DNA of 3,729 nt, taken from IMG/VR virus record IMGVR_UViG_2563366840_000013; one strand, 5' to 3'. Source of the DNA: a virus. Its lineage: Duplodnaviria; Heunggongvirae; Uroviricota; Caudoviricetes. This document shows, piece after piece, positions 1 to 3,729 of the stretch. How positions within the stretch are numbered: the stretch's first letter is position 1; each line of letters opens with the position of its first letter. Below the pieces are notes generated by a model, which saw nothing but the letters and a program-made list of their open reading frames with translations, was not told where the DNA came from and did not search any database. A program made the position numbers and the translations under genes.

Positions 1-201
1 GAAAACGCCCTTCGCAGCATTGCCCGTCAGGCTAATTCTGAAATCAAAAAAGCCAGACAGCAGTTTCCGGATAAAAACGTCGATGACATTTGCCGTAGCG
101 TACTGAAGAAGCACCGCGAAACGGTAACGCTGATGGGATTCACACCGACTCATTTAAGCCTGGCAATCGGCATGTTAAACGGCGTCTTTAAGGAACGATG
201 A
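1..201 (+). CDS. 3' end of an upstream CDS (partial, 66 codons, product not recognised)
   Basis: Frame 1 is open from the window edge to TGA at 199-201 (translation ...RETVTLMGFTPTHLSLAIGMLNGVFKER). Followed by a hairpin plus T-run. GC-typical composition. Confidence 0.5.
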   Translation, partial: ENALRSIARQANSEIKKARQQFPDKNVDDICRSVLKKHRETVTLMGFTPTHLSLAIGMLNGVFKER

Positions 202-221
202 ACATGAAAAGCAAAATTATC

Positions 222-247
222 AGGGAGCTACAGGCTCCTTTTTTATT
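222..247 (+). terminator. Intrinsic (rho-independent) terminator after the upstream CDS
   Basis: Stem GGAGC (224-228) pairs with GCTCC (234-238), loop TACAG, followed by TTTTTTATT. Lies about 20 nt after the TGA at 199-201. Confidence 0.6.
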
Positions 248-274
248 GCTCGCATTTACCCCCAAGCGTATTAA
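246..274 (+). promoter_or_regulatory. Candidate sigma70 promoter for the TraR-like operon
   Basis: TTGCTC (246-251) as -35, 17-nt spacer, TATTAA (269-274) as -10, about 25 nt upstream of the ATG at 300. Motif match only; not verified. Confidence 0.3.
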
Positions 275-299
275 CCAACAATTCAGGGATTAATGGAAG

Positions 300-521
300 A
301 TGGCAGACATCATTGATTCAGCATCAGAAATTGAAGAATTACAGCGCAACACAGCAATAAAAATGCGCCGCCTGAACCACCAGGCTGTATCTGCCACTCA
401 TTGTTGTGAGTGTGGCGATCCCATAGATGAGCTAAGACGCCTGGCCGTTCAGGGTTGTCGGACTTGTGCAAGTTGCCAGGAAGATCTGGAGCTTATCAGT
501 AAACAGAGAGGTTCGAAGTGA
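300..521 (+). CDS. TraR/DksA-family C4-type zinc-finger protein (73 aa)
   Basis: ORF of 73 aa with the C-terminal four-Cys motif CxxC...CxxC (HCCECGDPIDELRRLAVQGCRTCASCQ) typical of TraR/DksA-type RNAP secondary-channel regulators. Possible SD AGGGA at 285-289. Stop TGA at 519-521 overlaps the next start. Confidence 0.75.
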   Translation: MADIIDSASEIEELQRNTAIKMRRLNHQAVSATHCCECGDPIDELRRLAVQGCRTCASCQEDLELISKQRGSK

Positions 522-769
522 GCGTAATTCACTCTCAGGCACTGCGTGAAGCGGCAGAGCAGGCAATGCCTGACAACTGGGGATTTGACGCGGACCTTTT
601 CCATGAGCTGGTAACACCATCGATTGTGCTGACACTGCTGGATGAACGGGAAAGAAACCAGCAATACATCAAACGCCGCGACCAGGAGAACGAGGATATT
701 GCGCTAACGGTGGGGAAACTGCGTGTTGAGCTGGAGACAGCAAAAATCAAAACTCAACGAGCAGCGTGA
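518..769 (+). CDS. Hypothetical protein (83 aa), translationally coupled to the TraR-like gene
   Basis: GTG start at 518-520 overlaps the upstream stop (GTGA); SD GAGAGG at 506-511 with 6-nt spacing. Acidic, helical-looking translation, product not recognised. Frame stays open for 52 codons beyond the TGA at 767-769. Confidence 0.55.
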   Translation: MSVIHSQALREAAEQAMPDNWGFDADLFHELVTPSIVLTLLDERERNQQYIKRRDQENEDIALTVGKLRVELETAKIKTQRAA

Positions 770-931
770 GTAGAAGGTGTTATCTCGGATGGAAGTAAGC
801 GTATTGCTGAACTGGAGGCCTGGGTTGAATACACAAGAGCTGCATACGTAAGAGCAAAAGACAAGGGAGATTTGATCAGAGTTATTACCCGCCAACCAAC
901 GGGATTTTACGCTTACGTACCATGTAATTAG
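770..931 (+). other. In-frame open continuation of the 518-769 ORF past its TGA (52 codons to TAG 929-931), no credible own start
   Basis: Codons 770-928 are in the same frame as 518-769 and stop-free (VEGVISDGSKRIAELEAWVEYTRAAYVRAKDKGDLIRVITRQPTGFYAYVPCN). The only in-frame start-like codon is TTG at 872. Could be a gene remnant or a readthrough extension. Confidence 0.3.
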
Positions 932-1067
932 GAATCCTTGAAGTGGCAGCCTAACTGCGGATACACTGAAATGGCGATTTGGTAACATGTTTCGCACAAG
1001 GCTGTTACTACACTTAGAGATAATCAGCCATGATTAAACGCTTTGTAAAAAGTAAAAGGAAATTACA

Positions 1068-1682
1068 ATGAAAAAATCAATACTAATTTTAGGGCTTACG
1101 TTAATTGTCTCATCTCAAATACCATCGGCAATGGCAAAAAATGAATCAAAACTATGGGTTGTTGTTGATCGAACGGAAAGACATACCTGCCCTTCAAGTA
1201 AATGTGGAGTGGCTGGGAAACTATTTTTCAGGGAAGGCGTAGATTTTCTAGAAAAAAAAGGTGAATGGGTTCGTATAACTGAGCCATATTCAGCCTCATG
1301 TGTTGGAGGGGAAAGCGAATATATTAAAGAAGGTAATAAATCCTGCACAAGAAAAAATGGAATCGTTAATGGCAAGTTTTCAGAATGGGTTAAACTTAGT
1401 GATCTTAGCAGTGAAAGGCCATCAGATCCTGCTGAAAATGCGAGCGGAGATGATACTTTAATCAAAGGATCTGATGACTACCGTATATACAAAAAAGAGT
1501 TTTCTTCGGCAGCTAGGAAGTTAATAAATGAAGGGGTCTGCACGGAAAGCGATTTTAAGGAAATCGGAGGGTGGATGGCATCAAGCAATAAGGGTGAAAA
1601 CATCTATTTCACATATTGCGGAGGAATGACGTTGTCGAACAGAATATATCTAGACGTTAAAAGTGGAAAGACTTTTAGATAA
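1068..1682 (+). CDS. Secreted (signal-peptide) cysteine-rich protein with SH3b-like segment, AT-rich cargo gene (204 aa)
   Basis: N-terminus MKKSILILGLTLIVSSQIPSAMA has a basic n-region, hydrophobic core and AxA cleavage motif, with no lipobox. Mature part has 6 Cys. Segment RHTCPSSKCGVAGKLFFREGVDFLEKKGEWVRI resembles bacterial SH3 domains. SD AAGGA at 1056-1060, 7 nt before the ATG. Hand-counted GC of 60-nt lines is about 28-40 percent. Terminator downstream. Confidence 0.8.
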   Translation: MKKSILILGLTLIVSSQIPSAMAKNESKLWVVVDRTERHTCPSSKCGVAGKLFFREGVDFLEKKGEWVRITEPYSASCVGGESEYIKEGNKSCTRKNGIVNGKFSEWVKLSDLSSERPSDPAENASGDDTLIKGSDDYRIYKKEFSSAARKLINEGVCTESDFKEIGGWMASSNKGENIYFTYCGGMTLSNRIYLDVKSGKTFR

Positions 1683-1751
1683 TATGATATTACCAATGAC
1701 AGCATTAATTTAATGCCTCCATAGAATTATCTCCAGGAAGTAAGTATAAGA

Positions 1752-1790
1752 AAAGCCCGCACAATGAGCTGCTGCGGGCTTTGTGTTATT
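1752..1790 (+). terminator. Intrinsic terminator downstream of the secreted-protein gene
   Basis: GCCCGCA (1755-1761) pairs with TGCGGGC (1773-1779), extendable with flanking A/T pairs, 11-nt loop, followed by TTTGTGTTATT. Confidence 0.55.
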
Positions 1791-1975
1791 CGCCATATTT
1801 TATGAAGCAAATACGACACTATAGATAATTAAGCGTTACTGGTTGTCGATTCCTCACTCATTCCTGCTGATGGCTGTCTTCTTGTATGTGCCATTGAAGG
1901 GTAATATCGCGTAAAAAGATACCGGAAGTATCCGCGCCGCCATGATTGTCTTTCTCCTGATGCAGGAAAAGCAGA

Positions 1976-2095
1976 ATGACTAGATCAGCAGCAGAGCGCA
2001 AAGCCGATCAGAGAGCCAAGCAAGCATCATCCGGTATGCGTAAGCTGGAGCTTGTACTTGATGCTCAGGAAATTGAAATGCTGGAGCGTAACTGA
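1976..2095 (+). CDS. Small basic protein (39 aa), possibly the N-terminal part of a TGA-interrupted gene
   Basis: ATG at 1976 preceded by AGGAAAA (1964-1970); in-frame stop immediately upstream at 1958-1960. Translation MTRSAAERKADQRAKQASSGMRKLELVLDAQEIEMLERN. Ends at TGA 2093-2095, after which the same frame stays open to 2314. Confidence 0.45.
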   Translation: MTRSAAERKADQRAKQASSGMRKLELVLDAQEIEMLERN

Positions 2096-2314
2096 GCCAC
2101 GCGCCGCTTCAGGCGTGCGCCTTACGAGTTTGGTGAGTACATAGCATTACTGAGCCGCCAGGATGATGCACGTGTGCGCTGGCGTATAAAATCGATTAGC
2201 AGAAAACGTTGCCGTAAGTGCGGCGAGAGAGTTCCTGTTAATTCATGCCCGTGTAATGGTGACTCACAATACTGGGTGACCAAAGGCTGGCACGAAACAA
2301 AATTAATGATATAA
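2096..2314 (+). other. In-frame continuation after TGA encoding a zinc-ribbon-like segment (72 codons to TAA 2312-2314)
   Basis: Same frame as 1976-2095. Translation ATRRFRRAPYEFGEYIALLSRQDDARVRWRIKSISRKRCRKCGERVPVNSCPCNGDSQYWVTKGWHETKLMI has a CxxC-x9-CxC motif. No ATG in frame; a possible GTG start at 2174 with AGGA at 2160-2163. Confidence 0.35.
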
Positions 2315-2342
2315 ATCTCTGTGACATGTCACGGAGGCGGCA

Positions 2343-2771
2343 ATGAAATTAGACCAGCAATATCTAAAAGATCTACTTATCGCATTCGAAAAAACTCGTG
2401 GCCCTGACACGATGCTTAGTGAACTAGAGGATAATGGCTTTAATAGATATGACCAAGATTTTATTTTCCATATGCGATTATTATGTGACTACGAATTAAT
2501 AGTCAGGGTTGATGGAAAACCTGGGTTCGGTCATATAATGTCCAAAGCGTTAGGGGAAGGTGTTGGATATAGTTGGATCGAAGTACCACTGAGGTTGACA
2601 GCAAGAGGGCATGATTTTATTGCTGACTTACGTCAAAAGGATGTCTGGCAAGCTATAAAAACAAACTTTAAGGATGAGGGAATTAGTACACTTATGAGTG
2701 TTTCAAAATCACTAGCAAAAGGCTTTGCAAAGAAAAAGATAAAAGATATTACAGGAATAGATATTGAATAA
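2343..2771 (+). CDS. DUF2513-like small protein, AT-rich cargo gene (142 aa)
   Basis: Strong SD GGAGG at 2333-2337, 5 nt before the ATG. N-terminus MKLDQQYLKDLLIAFEK and the segment GHDFIADLRQKDVWQAIKTNFKDEGISTLMSVSKSLAKG resemble my recollection of the phage-associated DUF2513 family. Hand-counted GC about 32-40 percent. Terminator downstream. Confidence 0.75.
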   Translation: MKLDQQYLKDLLIAFEKTRGPDTMLSELEDNGFNRYDQDFIFHMRLLCDYELIVRVDGKPGFGHIMSKALGEGVGYSWIEVPLRLTARGHDFIADLRQKDVWQAIKTNFKDEGISTLMSVSKSLAKGFAKKKIKDITGIDIE

Positions 2772-2816
2772 TTCTTAGCATCAAGCAACTACTGCCTTTG
2801 GTGGAAATTATATCTG

Positions 2817-2842
2817 AACTCGCTACGGCGAGTTTTGTTTTA
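2817..2842 (+). terminator. Intrinsic terminator after the DUF2513-like gene
   Basis: AACTCGC (2817-2823) pairs with GCGAGTT (2828-2834), loop TACG, followed by TTTTGTTTTAT. Confidence 0.6.
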
Positions 2843-2854
2843 TGGAGATGATAA

Positions 2855-3022
2855 ATGCACTTCCGAGTCACAGGAGAATGGAATGGAGAGCCATTCAACA
2901 GAGTTATCGAAGCAGAGGACATCAATGACTGCTATAACCACTGGATGATATGGGCGCAGATAGCACATGCAGAAGTAACCAATATTCAAATTGAAGAACT
3001 GAAAGAACACCAAACCGCCTGA
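2855..3022 (+). CDS. Small hypothetical protein (55 aa)
   Basis: ATG at 2855 with SD GGAG at 2844-2847 (7-nt spacing); in-frame TAA immediately upstream (2852-2854). Translation MHFRVTGEWNGEPFNRVIEAEDINDCYNHWMIWAQIAHAEVTNIQIEELKEHQTA. Stop TGA 3020-3022 lies in the loop of the next terminator hairpin. Confidence 0.5.
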   Translation: MHFRVTGEWNGEPFNRVIEAEDINDCYNHWMIWAQIAHAEVTNIQIEELKEHQTA

Positions 3023-3037
3023 TGGCGGTTTTTTATT
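3012..3037 (+). terminator. Intrinsic terminator (8-bp perfect stem)
   Basis: AAACCGCC (3012-3019) pairs with GGCGGTTT (3024-3031), loop TGAT, T-run 3029-3034 then ATT. Confidence 0.7.
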
Positions 3038-3048
3038 GGAGACAAGAA

Positions 3049-3393
3049 ATGTCAGATTTGGCTATGAAGGTTTTGAAATGGCAATCGACTTGCGATGTCG
3101 GCATCAGTAGCGCAACTCTTGCCTCAATCGCATGTGGACTGAAAAAGAATATCTATGGTCATCACTTCGGCGCTCCACATGACGCAGCCGATTTCCGACG
3201 ATGCGTTGCACTTGTTGAGCAGATCCCAGAAATCAGGGATTCATTCGACAAGGTTGCAAAGCGCGTTCCGGCATTCAAAGGAATCCTCAACGAATGGGAT
3301 TCACTCGTTGCTCTGTTGAAGTCTGAAATGAAGACGTACGGGAACAAAGCACCAGAGACTTACAGAAGAATCAGCGAGCTACGCAAGGACTAA
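3049..3393 (+). CDS. Hypothetical protein (115 aa; start moved from the track's 3022 to ATG 3049)
   Basis: The track ORF 3022-3393 would begin inside the terminator hairpin. The in-frame ATG at 3049 has SD GGAG at 3038-3041 (7-nt spacing) and gives MSDLAMKVLKWQ.... GC-typical composition, product not recognised. Confidence 0.65.
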   Translation: MSDLAMKVLKWQSTCDVGISSATLASIACGLKKNIYGHHFGAPHDAADFRRCVALVEQIPEIRDSFDKVAKRVPAFKGILNEWDSLVALLKSEMKTYGNKAPETYRRISELRKD

Positions 3394-3462
3394 CCATAAA
3401 ATAACACCACCTCACACTCGATGAGGCCTGTTCATTGCTCAATGATATCCAGACCTACCATC

Positions 3463-3486
3463 GCCGCATCAATGCGGTTTTTTATT
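3463..3486 (+). terminator. Intrinsic terminator upstream of the AlpA-like gene
   Basis: CCGCA (3464-3468) pairs with TGCGG (3473-3477), loop TCAA, followed by TTTTTTATT. Shares the 14-nt string GCGGTTTTTTATTG with the terminator at 3012-3037. Confidence 0.55.
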
Positions 3487-3513
3487 GCCTGATTTGCAGG
3501 TTCGATTCCCTAT

Positions 3514-3729
3514 TTGGAGATAGCACTCATGCAACACGAACTACAGCCTGATTCACTGGTTGATTTGAAATTCATCATGGCCGATACTGGCTTCGGTAAA
3601 ACCTTCATCTATGATCGGATTAAGTCCGGAGACCTTCCAAAAGCCAAAGTTATCCACGGGCGAGCAAGATGGTTATATCGTGACCATTGTGAATTCAAAA
3701 ATAAGCTCTTAAGCCGCGCCAATGGGTAA
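3514..3729 (+). CDS. alpA: AlpA-family (phage Vis/excisionase-like) HTH transcriptional regulator (71 aa)
   Basis: Translation LVDLKFIMADTGFGKTFIYDRIKSGDLPKAKVIHGRARWLYRDHCEF fits the AlpA/Vis pattern (L..V...TG.s..tIY..i..G.fP.p.K.g.r..W...d...w). SD GGAG 9 nt before the ATG. Complete ORF ending TAA at 3727-3729. Confidence 0.75.
   Translation: MEIALMQHELQPDSLVDLKFIMADTGFGKTFIYDRIKSGDLPKAKVIHGRARWLYRDHCEFKNKLLSRANG

Noticed and set aside
198-293. 31-codon + ORF starting at an ATG overlapping the upstream stop (MNMKSKIIRELQAPFLLLAFTPKRINQQFRD)
   Set aside because: It reads straight through the terminator hairpin and T-run at 222-247 and the putative promoter; more likely noncoding.
432-750. 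Minus-strand ORFs 432-635, 449-664 and 535-750
   Set aside because: All lie entirely antisense to the TraR-like and 83-aa genes, which have family or translational-coupling support; the translations are low-complexity.
704-997. Minus-strand ORF of 97 aa
   Set aside because: Antisense to the + strand frames, no convincing SD, and the translation is dominated by S/C/F/L runs typical of noncoding frames; treated as a shadow ORF.
996-1033. Specific sigma70 promoter hexamers for the 1068 gene (GATAAT at 1019-1024)
   Set aside because: No acceptable -35 at 16-18 nt spacing; a promoter very likely exists in 930-1067 but I cannot place it confidently by eye.
1115-1465. Minus-strand ORF of 116 aa inside the secreted-protein gene
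   Set aside because: Antisense to a + strand gene with clear signal peptide, SD and terminator; long antisense frames are expected in AT-rich coding DNA.
3022-3048. Track start codon at 3022 for the 3022-3393 ORF
   Set aside because: ATG 3022-3024 lies inside the terminator loop and stem (overlapping the TGA of the previous ORF) with no SD; the in-frame ATG at 3049 has a proper SD, so the start was moved.
3162-3347. Minus-strand ORF of 61 aa
   Set aside because: Fully embedded antisense in the 115-aa + strand gene; no expression signals.
3494-3512. GGTTCGATTCC motif resembling a tRNA T-loop, a possible tRNA-derived att site before the AlpA-like gene
   Set aside because: Flanking bases do not form a T-stem (only 2 of 5 pairs) and no acceptor-stem or CCA context is present; probably coincidental, though an att core cannot be excluded without flanking sequence.
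1-3729. P2/P4-type cos site, CRISPR repeats, IS inverted repeats, rRNA or tRNA genes
   Set aside because: Scanning by eye found no GGCGAGGCGGGG-like cos core, no regularly spaced direct repeats, no terminal inverted repeats with a transposase ORF, and no cloverleaf-compatible segments.

Overview
This window reads as an accessory region of an enterobacterial mobile element (prophage, satellite or integrative island): GC-typical backbone genes interleaved with two visibly AT-rich cargo genes, all on the + strand. I recognise two families from the translations alone: a TraR/DksA-type C4 zinc-finger protein (300-521) and an AlpA-family HTH regulator (3514-3729). The cargo genes are a 204-aa signal-peptide, cysteine-rich, SH3b-like protein (1068-1682) and a 142-aa DUF2513-like protein (2343-2771). 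Five hairpin plus T-run intrinsic terminators partition the window into small transcription units. Two backbone reading frames continue in-frame past a TGA stop (518-769 extending to 931; 1976-2095 extending to 2314, the latter with a zinc-ribbon-like Cys motif), suggesting nonsense decay or leaky readthrough. No rRNA, tRNA, CRISPR array, IS element or cos site was seen. I could not run any searches, so every family assignment is from memory of family motifs and needs confirmation by HMM or BLAST; the most likely novel candidates are the two AT-rich cargo genes, whose functions are unknown.
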